Below, piece after piece: positions 9,500 to 20,000 of a DNA stretch of 20,000 nucleotides. The stretch covers positions 4,805,599-4,825,598 of the forward strand of contig NC_057719.1 of assembly GCF_004010195.1 (NCBI RefSeq), in the 5' to 3' direction. Source of the stretch: Chiloscyllium plagiosum. Its lineage: Eukaryota. The translations under genes and the position numbers were made by a program. The notes below the pieces were generated by a model. The model saw nothing but the letters and a program-made list of their open reading frames with translations. It was not told the origin of the DNA and ran no database searches. The stretch's first letter is position 1, and each line of letters starts with the position of its first letter.

Positions 9500-10512
9500 G
9501 GAGATCTAGCAACTCAAGACTGGGCATCCATGAGGTGCTGTGGGCCGTTAGCAGTAACAGAATCATACTCCAAGGCAACCTGCAACCTCATGGGTCTGTC
9601 ATTATCTGCCATTATCCCTGGTTCAATGGAAAATGTGTGTGTATATGCCAGGAGCAGCGCTGGACATATCTAAAAATTAGGTGTCAATCTGGTGAAGCTG
9701 CAATACAGTCCACTGGTGTGTATAAGAAGCAAGTGATAAAGCAATCCACAACCTGATCAGTCATGAATGATTAAACTCACTGGAGGTCAATGTACCACAA
9801 ACACTATCTTCGTAAGTGATAGTCTCAATAAGCCTGGCACAACAGCAAAAAATAAGTCTGAAACATTTGCAACAATCTTAAGCCAGAAGTGCTGAGAGAG
9901 TGATTGATTTCAGCCTCTTCCAGACATTTTCAGGTGTATTCCTTGTAATTTCTTTGGCATAGACTTCCAAGGTTCATGCATCACAGTGACTTCCAAAACC
10001 AAAGCATTGGCATGGCGAATCAGTGTTTGCAGACTCTCAGAGCACTGGTTCTCAGCATCTTCAGTCAATTTGATTTACTCCGTGATATCAAAAGATGGCT
10101 GAAAGCAGTGGACATTGTAAAGGCTTTGGGCCCCGACAATATTTCTATGCTGAAGATTTGTGTTGCAGAACTTGCCTCATCTCTAACCAAGCTACTTCAT
10201 ATAGCCACAACACTGGCATCTGCTCAATAAGTGTACCTGAAAAGTGCCCAAATATATCCTGTACACACAAGACAAATCTAACTAGGTCAATTACTTTCCC
10301 ATCAGACTACTTGTGATCATCAATAAAATGGTGGAGAGGATCAGCAGCATCACGTGCATAGCATTTACCTGCTTACAACTCCATTCACATTCCACCAAGG
10401 TTACTTACCTTCTGACCTCATTGCAGCTTTGGTGTAAATGTGGATGAAAAGGGCTGAAGTTCAGAAGTGAGGTGAGAGTCTCTGCCCTTGACATCAAGGG
10501 AGCATTTGACCC

Positions 10513-11230
10513 AGTCTATCAAGTGCTGCCTATGGATGCCCAAGGATGAGAGTCTTTGACAACTGTGACGTACTGATGCCAAGATTCTTGTCTTTAAGGC
10601 AATCATCATTCTGATTTCTATTTGGCTGCAGAACTTGAATTACGTATAGATACCACATCAAGGCCTGTGAGGTACCATCGCTGTTGAGAAGGATTCTCTG
10701 CATCAGCAAGGAGGCCAGGCATACAGTGCCCTTGAAGAAGTCAGTAACAAACACCACCATTGAAGCCGTGGTGATCCAAAATCAACTTGGCTGGGATGCC
10801 TGAGGTCTGACTGCGAAAGCAAATCTTTACCCAGCTCAAGGCTGGTGCTTGAATGAGAGGAGAACAAAGCAAGCATCTCAAAGTCTCCCTGAAGATTTCC
10901 CTTGAGAAATGGGGCATAGATATTATTGCATGTGAAGCCCTTGTTCAGAAGAAATCATCTTAGAGGAACCTCCTATATGAAGTGGCACAATTCCTTGAGA
11001 ACACCAGTCAGCAAGAGGAAATATAGAAAAGGAACCAGAGAAAGGAATGCCAACAATCTCAAGGCCAAGGAGCAATTCCACCTCTGGAAACAACTGCAAA
11101 TGTGTGGTTAGAGATGTAGCTCTAGAATCGGGCTCATAAGCTACACAAGGACCCATAGAATCCATGACCAGTGATGAGGAATTTCCTAGGTGGATAATCA
11201 TGCCTATTAGTGAGCAATTGCCAGTGATGA
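10513..11230 (+). mobile_element. RTE (BovB-like) LINE 3' fragment nested in the older LINE
   Basis: KILVFKAIII (10581-10610) and the C-terminal CG*RCSSRIGLISYTRTHR (11103-11159) are typical of RTE ORF ends. Short (tga)n tail. Confidence 0.75.
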
Positions 11231-11660
11231 TGACATCACAAACTCTAGAGGAAATTGAGTCAATGGGAATAAAGAGGAAAACCCCACCAGTTCGAGATAC
11301 ACATAGCATAAATCAAGATTACTGTGGTTGTTGGGGGTCAGTCATCTCAGCTTCAGGTCACTACAATGTCAAATGCCTGCAATAGTGTCTGAAGTCAACT
11401 CACCTTCAGCAGAGTCATCAATGACATTTCCATTACAAAGTCTGAAGGTTGATAGTTGCACAATTCACAATTTCTTGGATATAGGAACAGTCCATGGACA
11501 AATGCAGTAAGATCTGGACAATATCCAGGCAAGCAGCAAGTAAACTTGGCATCACTGAAATGTAAGGCAATGGCCATCTCCAACAAGACAATCTAATTAT
11601 TGTCTGTTGACATTCAGTGGCAGAATGATCACTGACTTTCCCAATGTCAGCATCTTGGGT

Positions 11661-11780
11661 GGCAATTTCCCTTTTCAGCTGCATGAGCCTCCAAGAGCTA
11701 TGTGTGGCAGCAGCTTCTTGAAGTAAAAATCAATGAGTCGGCTCAAAACCTCCCAGTGGCCACTTTAGGGAAAGATTGCC
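11661..11780. mobile_element. Short MITE-like insertion with imperfect terminal inverted repeats
   Basis: Left end ggcaatttccct; right end agggaaagattgcc (reverse complement ggcaatctttccct). It interrupts the host LINE sequence catcttggg|ggttacc. Confidence 0.5.
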
Positions 11781-11914
11781 TAAGGGGTTACCATGTACCA
11801 GAAATAGAACTGGGCTAGCCATATCAATGCTGTGGCTACCACAGTAGGTCAGAGGGAATTGTGCAGTGAATAACCCACAATGTGGACATGTGGTTAGAAT
11901 AGTTGTCACCTAGT

Positions 11915-12230
11915 GGGCGGCACGGTGGCATAGTGGTTAGCACTGCTGCCTCACAGCGCCAGAGACCCGGGTTCAATTNACTCAGGTGACTGTGTGGAGT
12001 TTGCACATTCTCCCCGTGTCTGTGTGGGTTTCCTCCGGGTTTCCTCCGGGTGCTCCGGTTTCCTCCCACAGTCCAAAGATGTGCAGGTCAGGTGAATTGG
12101 CCATGCTAAATTGCCCGTAGTGTTAGGTAAGGGGTAAAATGTAGGGGTATGGGTGGGTTGCGCTTCAGCGGGGCGGTGTGGAGTTGTTGGGCCGAAGGGC
12201 CTGTTTCCACACTAAGTAATCTAATCTAAT
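11915..12230 (+). mobile_element. Full-length HE1-type V-SINE
   Basis: tRNA-like head (tggcatagtggttag...ggttcaatt), V-SINE core tgtgtggagtttgcacattctccccgtgtctg, CR1-like tail and (taatc)n. Contains an N at 11979. Confidence 0.95.
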
Positions 12231-12584
12231 TACTACATTTACAGAATTGCCTGGGTGAGCTCAGCTCCAACAGCACTCAGAAGCTAACTGCATTTTGTAC
12301 AGCCTACTTGACTGGCATCACATCAACAAATATTCACTCTCGCCATTGTCACAGAGGAACAGTTTGTGCCATCTACAAGATACATTTAGAGAACACCTTT
12401 CAAACTCATGACCACTATCATCTGGAAGGACAAGTTGCCTGTACATGGGAGCACCATCAACTGCAACTTTCCCTCCAAGCCAGTCATTGTCCTGACTTGG
12501 AAGTATGTCACTATTCCTTCAGTGGCACTCGGTCAAAATACTGGGATTTCCTCAATGTAACTATACCAAATGAATTGCAGTGAT

Positions 12585-12900
12585 TTCTATTCATTCATGT
12601 GTGTTGCTAGCTAGGCCAGCATTTATTACCTTTCCTTAACTGTTATTAGAATAGTTAAAAGTCAATAGCTTTGCTGTGGGTAAGGATTACCTATAGGCTA
12701 TACCAGGTAAGAGCAGCAGAAAGGACATTAGTGAAGCTGGGTGAGTTTTGTTATGGCGATCAGCAGTGGTTACATAAATGCCATTAGGCTAGCTTTTTAT
12801 TCCAGACTTTTAGTGAATTCATATTTCACTATCTTTGGTGTGATTTGTATCCATGAGTTCAGAACGTTAGCCTGTGACATTATCTCAACACTGCTTTCCC
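12585..12900 (-). mobile_element. Degenerate tRNA-derived SINE
   Basis: aaggacattagtgaa is the reverse complement of ttcactaatatcctt at ~17235. The tail ggccagcatttatt abuts the 3' end of the old LINE. Confidence 0.6.
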
Positions 12901-13770
12901 AATCAGCAAGAGACAGAGAGAGGAAGTGACGAAGAATTTTATGCAGTGAGTGAGTGCAGGTGAGTTTGAACTCAGTGCTTACAAGCTACATTGCCTCTAA
13001 AATTAGCTGCTACTGCATGGACGTCTGAGGACAGCAGTAACTCTCAAAAATTGAAACCAACGGGTTGGCATGTCAGTTGGTGTGCACAGACCCACTGAGC
13101 CATCTCACAACTTTTAGCCAACATTACTTCTAACACCCTTGTAACAGAGACAATCATTTCAAAAGCATGTACACTTTAGGGTAATAAACTTGCCGGGCTA
13201 AATGCATAGAGTTGGAGAATGGAACCTTCTGGTTTGCGCTATAAAGACAGCATAGACTCAGTGGGTCAGTAGACCGCTCTTTTTGCCACAATAACTCTAC
13301 ATACTCATTGCTTAGCATGGCAGGTTAGGCTGCACAAGTGGGATATGTATGGATGTGACAGCAGAATTCACACCTTGTAGAGCTACTTTATGATTGTGTT
13401 CACTGATGATGCTACATTGACCAGAATGGTCCACATGACCTCTGCGTTTAAAATATATTGGCAAATGGTTTGTTGAAATTATATTCCTAATTATGACTTC
13501 GTTTTTTTTTCCTGAATCTGCACAGACTTTGCTGCTTTATAGAGTAGCAATAATAAGACCAAGAAAAGGAGAAGCTGAGGCATTTGAAGTTTGAAATAAA
13601 GACCAAGTGCTGGAACTAGACAGACTAATTGAAGCTTTGAATGAGAATGCGCAGATTGTCATGTTTCTCGCATATTCCCATAATTGAAGTCAATCATCTG
13701 AATGAAGTACCAAAGAAAACATCACTAATACATCAGTATTTTTTCGGTGCCTAATCTTAGTATTGTATTA

Positions 13771-14086
13771 GAAACATGTACAGAGTATAAACAGATCAAT
13801 ACAAAGGATGTGGAGAAGAGACTTCTATTAGTACGCGAGACTAGGATCTGAGGGCACAGCGTCAAGGTAAAGGTATGAGGGATTCCTGCATTCTGTGGAA
13901 CTCATTGTCACAGAAAGTTGCAGAGGCCAAGTAATTGAGTATCTTGAAGTTCTTGATTAACAAGGGGATCAAGGGTTACAGGAGAAGGCAGGAGAATGGG
14001 GTTGAGAAACATCAACCATGTTTGAATGGGGGAGCAGATTTGATAGGCTGAATGGCCTAATTCTGCTCCTATATCTTGTGGTTTTA
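13771..14086 (+). mobile_element. CR1 3' fragment
   Basis: Collinear with 8330-8650 (agggcacagc, gtggaactcatt, ttcttgattaa..aggggatcaag, ttgagaaaca). Ends in the tail gctgaatggcctaattctgctcctatatctt. Confidence 0.85.
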
Positions 14087-14639
14087 GGATCACTGTACTA
14101 TGCCAAATTGCCTAATGGTCAAGATATTTTAATTTTGTAACTGATGCCATTGATCTGTTTGGAATATGTCTCTTGAGAACATATTCATTATTGTAAAGTT
14201 GTGAGAGTCAAACAGAAGCAGAGATCTGGTCTTGAAGAAACTGAACAATAATGGGACAGTTGGACAATCAAGATTGTGATAACTACAAAGTCATGGTGCA
14301 CAAGGAGGCCACATGCTGACTGTGAAGCAGTCTGTCAGTCCAACATCCGTGCTCTTTTGCTGTAGTCTTACTGGTTTATTTACCTCAAGTGCCCTCAATT
14401 TACTGTATTATTTCATTAAAATATACGATTTAAAGATTTACTTAGACTGTGCTATTGTTTGTGTTAGGCTATTATTTTGTTTTGATTTTTACTGATATTT
14501 TTGGTGGTTTACTCCAACCCTGTTTTTCCCCACAGGCCCCATTATTTATATTGTGCAATTTTCTGTAACATGGTGTTTCACAGGAATGCAACTAATGCGT
14601 TATAAGAGAACTACCTGTATTGATCATCTGTTTTCACCA

Positions 14640-15285
14640 TATCCAACGACAACATGTTTGAGGTCATTACCATTCATTGCATAAGAAATGCTCCCTTGCA
14701 TCTCTTTCACGAAACTTTAAATCTCTATCCTAGTCCTCATGTCAACAGCTTTTCCTTTGCCTGACTTTTCAATACCGTAACTATGAACACTGCTATCAAA
14801 TTTCCCCTCGATTTCCTTTGGTCCAAGGAGAATAATCCCACCTCTTTCAGCATATTATTGTGGCTAAACTCCCTCATCCCTGGAACTAGTCTAGTGAATC
14901 TCCTTTGCACCCTGTCAAGTAGCCTTCCTAAAGTGCAGTAGGTGCAGAACTGGGCACAGTACTTTAGTTGTGGGCTAACCAGAAAAAAGCGTTTGGCTTA
15001 ATGTTGCTGATTTTATCGTCAAAACCTTATGAATCCAAGGTCTTGCATCCAAGATCCAGTATGTCCTGCCACCTTCAAAGAGCCATTCACAGACTTTAGA
15101 ACTGTGCCATTTAGTTTAAATTCGCATCTCACCCTTCTAATAAAATGTAGCACCTGACACCACCCTCTGTAATAAATTCCATATGCTGCCTCCCCATTCT
15201 GTTTACATCCTCATGTGATTGACTGATACGATTATCACTTCCTTACATCTCTAATTTTAGTAACTGGCAAATTTTGAAGTTTTAC
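14640..15285 (-). mobile_element. Very degenerate CR1 ORF2 fragment
   Basis: ctcatccctggaactagtctagtgaatctcctttgcaccctgtc...cagaactgggcacagtactttag is the reverse complement of the YCAQFx...VQRRFTRLVPGM region. Confidence 0.7.
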
Positions 15286-15515
15286 TCCATATTATAATAT
15301 TTAACTATTTTATCTAAATGTTTATCCAAAAAAAAGCTGTGTCTGATTACTATCTATCATCCTGGAGTCTGAAAAACAAGCCATTTCCTTTAACTTGCTG
15401 GGTTTTTTGCCCTTTAAGGCTTTTTTTCATGCAAACTGACACTGATTCTCCTATCGCATGTACTAGAATACAAAGGCTCAGGAAGAGGGTGGGGTGGCAA
15501 GGGTTAAGAAGTAAC

Positions 15516-16290
15516 TGTGACAGTGCTATCACTTTCAAAAGGTTATTTTGTCCTTGGTTCTTTTCAAGAAAGGTCATAAACACAGAGGTACAGCAATGTC
15601 TGGGCAAGAGACTAGTTTAACAATGGCAGGGGAGTGGTCAGTTCTCCCAGTTCAGGTTTTTTCTAGTTTCCTGGTTGTAGCAGAGAAGCTGCTGCAGTGG
15701 AGAAAGGTTCCAAGCTTCAGCAGATGATTCCTGACTGGTATTCTCTCTGAAATCTCTTTGGAAGTTTTTTTCTCGTGCCTGTAAGAACCTGAGTTTGAAT
15801 TTATCTTTGCCAAGGTGTGTGTTTATGGGATATTGTGGGAATTGGAACTGTACTTTAGTCATGTTGCTATATCGTGTCAGTAGAGTTTTCAAATATTTGT
15901 TAGTCTGAATTCTGTTTTGTTCATGTTTCAACTGTAATCATAGAGATGTATAGCGTGGAAACAGACACTTTGATCCAACTCATCCATGCCGGCCAGATAT
16001 CCCAACATAATCTAGTTCCATTTGCCAGCACTCTGCTCATATCCCTTTGAAGCCTTCCTATTCATATACCCATCCAGATGCCTTTTAAATGTTGTAATTG
16101 TACCATCCTCCACCACTTTCTCTGGCAGCTCATAGTGTTTAAATAAATTGTTTTGCTTAAAGCTGAGTGGTTTGACCAGCTGCATCACACCTGCAATATC
16201 CACATCACATCTGAGTTTAAAATAAGGAAAAGCCAGGACTTGGGCTGCTACTACAAAATATTCTGAGGTGGTCTGGTCAAGTCCATAACA
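15516..16290 (+). mobile_element. Probable solo LTR (Gypsy-like), interrupted by a CR1 fragment
   Basis: Starts TGTGAC and ends ATAACA. Flanks are taac/caac (4-bp TSD with one mismatch). AATAAA at 16142. Length is ~580 bp after removing the CR1 insert. Confidence 0.55.
15936..16133 (-). mobile_element. CR1 3' end inserted in the putative LTR
   Basis: The minus-strand ORF reads ELPEKVVEDGTITTFKRHLDGYMNRK. atcatagag is the reverse complement of the CR1 tail. Confidence 0.9.
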
Positions 16291-16984
16291 CAACAAACAG
16301 TAACATTGAAGTGGAAAATGACCATGATAACAGGAGGAACTGTTTTGCTGATTGGAGTGAGTGTGACATGGGTATGTGGAACTCTACCTGTGCAGCAGCA
16401 GGATGTATTGAGAAAAAATTGAAGATGACAAATCATTGAGTTCCCTCTATCAACCCCCACCCCCACCTCTCCTGCACAATTCAAGCCAATCAGATCAAAT
16501 GATTTATCAGCCAGACCTTTGTGTACCATTTCTTTCCATTTTCACACCATCCATTTACTCTACTATCTCCCTTCTGCTTTAAAGCTCCTTGTTCAGTTGG
16601 CATTTCCGTAATTGATTTCACTTCAGCATATGTTCGTTTCTTCAGTTGATGTCTTTACCTGACCTTCTGAAACAAATTGCCAACTCAGCTCACATTTCTT
16701 TGGATGGGTTCCTAAAGCTTAGTGTTTTGCAGCTTTCTGCTTCTGGGGTTTGTTTCTAATGTTACTCAGGACTCTGTTCCTGCCCTAGTTGTTTTGGAGA
16801 CTGCTATCAACAGCATGTATGCTCCTTTGACCAAGGAATGAATACCTTCTCCTATGACTCAGGGTCAAACATTGTGCGAGAGCAAATCCATAATATTCAT
16901 TGGACGTTTGCTATATTAAAAGCATTGTATAAATACTCATGAACTGAAGATGAGCTTTTCTCATCTAACTTGCAGGTGTATGTC

Positions 16985-17320
16985 GTAGCGTTATGGTTGT
17001 GTTACTGTACTATTAATCTAAAATGTAGACTAATATTTCAGCAAATAATTTAGAAATTTGATTTCAGCATCAAACCTAACTCCTAAATCTATTGGAGTGA
17101 ATATACTCCTGTTTGAAGAATATTCAAGAAGGTTCTAACTCCTCTGTAATACTCATACATACCAGAGACAGAACAGTCACAAGTTTAAAAAGTGACAGTG
17201 AAGCTCTTGGATTGTGGATTATACCTCAACCCCTTCACTAATATCCTTGAGGGAAGGAAGTCTGACATTGTTACGCTGTGTGTGATTCCAGACCAAAAGG
17301 CTCAGAACTGTTTGGTGCTG
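16985..17320 (+). mobile_element. Degenerate tRNA-derived SINE
   Basis: Core ttcactaatatccttgagggaaggaagtctgac...tgtgattccagacc is shared with the minus-strand copies at 520-753 and 12585-12900. Boundaries are uncertain. Confidence 0.45.
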
Positions 17321-18000
17321 TGAATAAAGCAAGCTAATTATATAAGAAACGCCAAAAACATCTTGTGTTATCTGATGTTTCGTGACAATTGATGACATTA
17401 AGCTGGGGACTTGGATCATGCAAAAGGAGTATATTAGAGCATTCAACAGACGGTAGTGTCTATGGAATCTATTAGTGCTGGAGAGGCGCCATGTTTGAAC
17501 CTGTTCACTCATATGAGCTAATTTTCATCTGATCTTCAAACAAGCATACATAGTTGCTAACAGTGCAGATCGGCTAATAATCCATTGCTTTTAATTATAG
17601 GTGTTGCTACTGAGGCTAAATTGAACTCCTCTGTTGTCATTGAACTTACTGGACACAAATAAGGAATCTGGCATTGAATATTTTCTGCTCTACAATCAGA
17701 ATTTTATACCAGATGCCATTGGAAGTTGAAATGTTCTGTTAAAACTCTAATAATATGGGACTGGGGAGGCGGGTGTGGAATGACCCCTGATGATATTGGG
17801 TAAATTATCAGGGAATAGGAGCAGTTCAGCTCAAAGTACCTCTATTCTCAGCTGCCTCTCAAACGGCCAGTGGACAGCAGTGAATACTTGCTCTGGTGTT
17901 CCTTGACTCTGAGAGTAGTCTGTTCTCTTCCCAGGTCGAGAGCTGAGGCTACATCAATGTTCAACCATAACTACACTTCTTAAGCTCTATATTTCCATGT

Positions 18001-18250
18001 AGAGAATAACAGCAAACGTAGGCCATTTGGCCCTTCGAGCCTTTTCTGCTATTCAATGTGATCATGGCTGGTCTTTGACTCAATGGCCTGTTCCTGCCTT
18101 TCTCTCCATATCCTTGGATTCTTTCAGCCCCAAGTGCAAATGCAACTCCTTTTTGAAATTGTACAATGTTTTTCCCTCTATTGCTTTCTGTGGTAGTGAA
18201 TTCCCCAGGCTCACCATTTTCCATGAAGAAATTTCATGTCATCTCCATCT
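18001..18250 (-). mobile_element. CR1 3' fragment
   Basis: gtaggccatttggcccttcgagcc...gatcatggctg...ccttctctccatatcc is the reverse complement of a CR1 3'UTR and is similar to 4026-4475. Confidence 0.85.
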
Positions 18251-18667
18251 CTGTTCAGTATATTAAATGTATTTTATATGCAAAAAGTGTGTACTCAGCC
18301 ATTACAGCAATCTGTAGGCAAGAAATCTTGACATGTGTTGCACCTGCTATTCTTATTAGCATCCTTGTTCTTAACATGCTCACTGTGTGGATCACAAGTC
18401 AAACCACAAAAGAAAATTAGGTGTCTTTATTTACTTTTTTTTGCCAATTACACCAAATTATTGTCAACGCCTTTTGCAGTAGAGAGCGGCGGAAGCTGGG
18501 CGGAAGTGAAGTCGGAGCGCAAAGCCGGTCGGGAAGATAAGTGATTATTATTTGAGTGGAGAATGAACCCGAGACACTACATGCCTCTCCCACCCTCCCT
18601 CCTCCTCTAACCTTAAAAAAAAGGTAAGCTACTTAGTGTTCTTGTTTTGGAGACTAAGTGTAGAGTT

Positions 18668-19580
18668 ATGGCAGCGCAGTCAGTGGAATGTTCCTCCTGC
18701 AGGATGTTTGAGGTAGGGGTGACCACTGATGCTCCTGCTGACTTCACCTGCAGTAAGTGCAGCCAGCTGCAGCTCCTCACAGACCGCGTTAGCGAAATGG
18801 AGCTGGAGTTGGATGAACTGAGAATTATTCGAGAGGGTGATAGATAGAAGCTACAGGGACATAGTTACGCCAGAGAACAGAGGTAGCTGGGTAACAGTTA
18901 GAGGTGGGCAGGGGAGGAAGCAGGCAGTGCAGAGATCCCCTGTGGTCGTTCCCCGCAACAATAAGTATACTGCTTTGGATACTGTTGGGGGGGACGGCCT
19001 AGCAGGGATAAGCCGCAGTGACTGGGTCTCTGGCACAAGGTCCGGCTCTGAGGCTCAGAAGGGAAAGGGGAGCGCTAGTTATAGGAGACTCTATAGTTAG
19101 AGGGACAGACAGGCGGTTCTGTGGACATGGGCGAGACTGTCGGTTGGTTTGTTGCCTCCCGGGTGCCAGGGTCCAAGACGTCTCTGACGGTGTCTTCAAA
19201 ATCCTTAAGGGGGAGGGTGTGCAGCCAGAAGTCGTGGTGCACATTGGCACCAACGACATAGGTAGGAAGAGGGGTGGGGAGGTCATTCAGCAGCGCGGGG
19301 TGTTAGGCTGGAAGCTAAAAGCTAGGACGGACAGAGTCGTCATCTCTGGGTTGTTGCCGGTGCCACGTGACAGTGAGGCAAGGAATAGGGAGAGCGTGCA
19401 GTTGAACACGTAGCTGCAAAGATGGTGTAGGAGGGAGGGCTTCAGGTATTTGGACAATTGGACTGCATTCTGGGGAAGGTGGGACCTGTACAAGCAGGAC
19501 GGGTTGCCCCTGAACCAGAAGGGCACCAATATCCTGGGAGGTAGGTTTGCTAGCACTCTTCGGGGGGGGGTTTAAACTAA
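18668..19580 (+). pseudogene. CR1 ORF1 (zinc finger/leucine zipper + SGNH esterase), disrupted
   Basis: CSSC...CSKC zinc finger, then a coiled coil, then GDSIVRG...CLPGARVQD...VVHIGTND...DGLPLN esterase blocks. Frameshifts near 18835 and 19065, and an in-frame TAG at 19411-19413. Confidence 0.9.
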
Positions 19581-19671
19581 TTTGGCAGGGGGATGGGATC
19601 CGGACTTGTAGTCCAGCAAGTAGGCTAGCTGTTTGTCAGGATGTCCAAGAATGTAGGGAGGCTGTGGAGAA

Positions 19672-20000
19672 GCATTGACAGGGAATATTTGCGGACACAG
19701 AGATGGGCTCAAGTGTGTATACTTCAACGCAAGGAGTATCAGAAATAAGGTGGGTGAACTTAAGGCGTGGATCGGTACCTGGGACTACGATGTTGTGGCC
19801 ATCACGGAAACATGGATAGAAGAGGAACAGGAATGGCTGTTGGAGGTTCCTGGTTACAGGTGTTTCAGTAAAATTAGGGAGGGTGGGAAAAAAGGAGGGG
19901 GGGTGGCATTGCTAATTAGAAATGGTATAACGGCTGCAGAAAGGAAGTTTGAGGGGGATCCGCCTCTGGAGGTAGTATGGGCTGAAGCCAGAAATAGGAA
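19672..20000 (+). CDS. CR1 ORF2 N-terminus, APE-type endonuclease (partial; frameshift just upstream)
   Basis: LKCVYFNARSIRNKVGELKAWIGTWDYDVVAITETW...PGYRCFSKIREGGKKGGGVALLI, open to the end of the window. Not in the ORF track because there is no stop inside the window. Confidence 0.85.

Larger units (their letters stand above)
8811..12583 (+). mobile_element. Old fragmented LINE of the CR1/L2 group (ORF2 endonuclease + RT relic) carrying nested insertions; host pieces approx. 8811-9210, 9501-10511, 11231-11660, 11784-11880, 12245-12583
   Basis: QVVREPTRRKNTIHLILTNLP...IGQSDH (APE C-terminus, 8999-9106), DLATQDW, KALGPDNI..LKICVAEL, VRVSALDIKGAFD (10472-10510) and DLDNIQA, all in collinear order. 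Confidence 0.8.
18480..20000 (+). mobile_element. Young CR1 LINE, 5' portion (5'UTR, ORF1, start of ORF2); runs off the window
   Basis: Abrupt shift to CpG-rich sequence at ~18480, then ORF1 and ORF2 in canonical order. Confidence 0.95.

Noticed and set aside
11915..11985. tRNA-like A/B boxes
   Set aside because: This is a SINE head with no complete cloverleaf, so not a tRNA gene.
11979..12050. N base and duplicated gggtttcctcc inside HE1
   Set aside because: Likely an assembly ambiguity or a trivial tandem duplication.
14515..14540. Strong-looking splice acceptor tttttccccacag
   Set aside because: No supported exon, donor or homology follows.
15400..15420. tttgccctttaa 12-mer also present in both UTR copies
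   Set aside because: The match does not extend and is low complexity, so compatible with chance.
18622..18663. AG|GTAAG donor and nearby TAG before the CR1 ORF1 ATG
   Set aside because: The implied intron of ~40 nt is too short for vertebrate splicing, and there is no other support.
1..20000. CRISPR array, operon or prokaryotic defence system
   Set aside because: No regularly spaced repeats and no gene-dense architecture. The window is intron-containing vertebrate DNA.

Overview
Eukaryotic, repeat-dense vertebrate DNA, very probably from a cartilaginous fish (shark-type HE1 V-SINEs, CR1 LINEs, Deu-SINE and Penelope-type repeats). The only host gene visible is the 3' end of PPP4R3A/SMEK1 (PP4 regulatory subunit 3) on the + strand. 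It has three coding exons (800-990, 2576-2799, 6154-6276) that splice in frame with canonical GT-AG sites, followed by a ~0.8 kb 3'UTR. The rest is layered transposon debris: many CR1 3' fragments; an old CR1/L2-group LINE (8.8-12.6 kb) interrupted by several nested insertions; a probable solo LTR; and the 5' end of a young CR1 (ORF1 zinc-finger/esterase, ORF2 endonuclease). I see no convincing new multi-gene system. The most unusual observations are (i) a ~295 bp diverged copy of the PPP4R3A 3'UTR inserted inside the old LINE 2.5 kb downstream, and (ii) intronic Penelope-type hairpin elements with clear target-site duplications and degenerate hammerhead-ribozyme-like cores. Repeat family names come from my recall of consensus sequences, not from a database search. 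Most ORFs in the supplied track are spurious.
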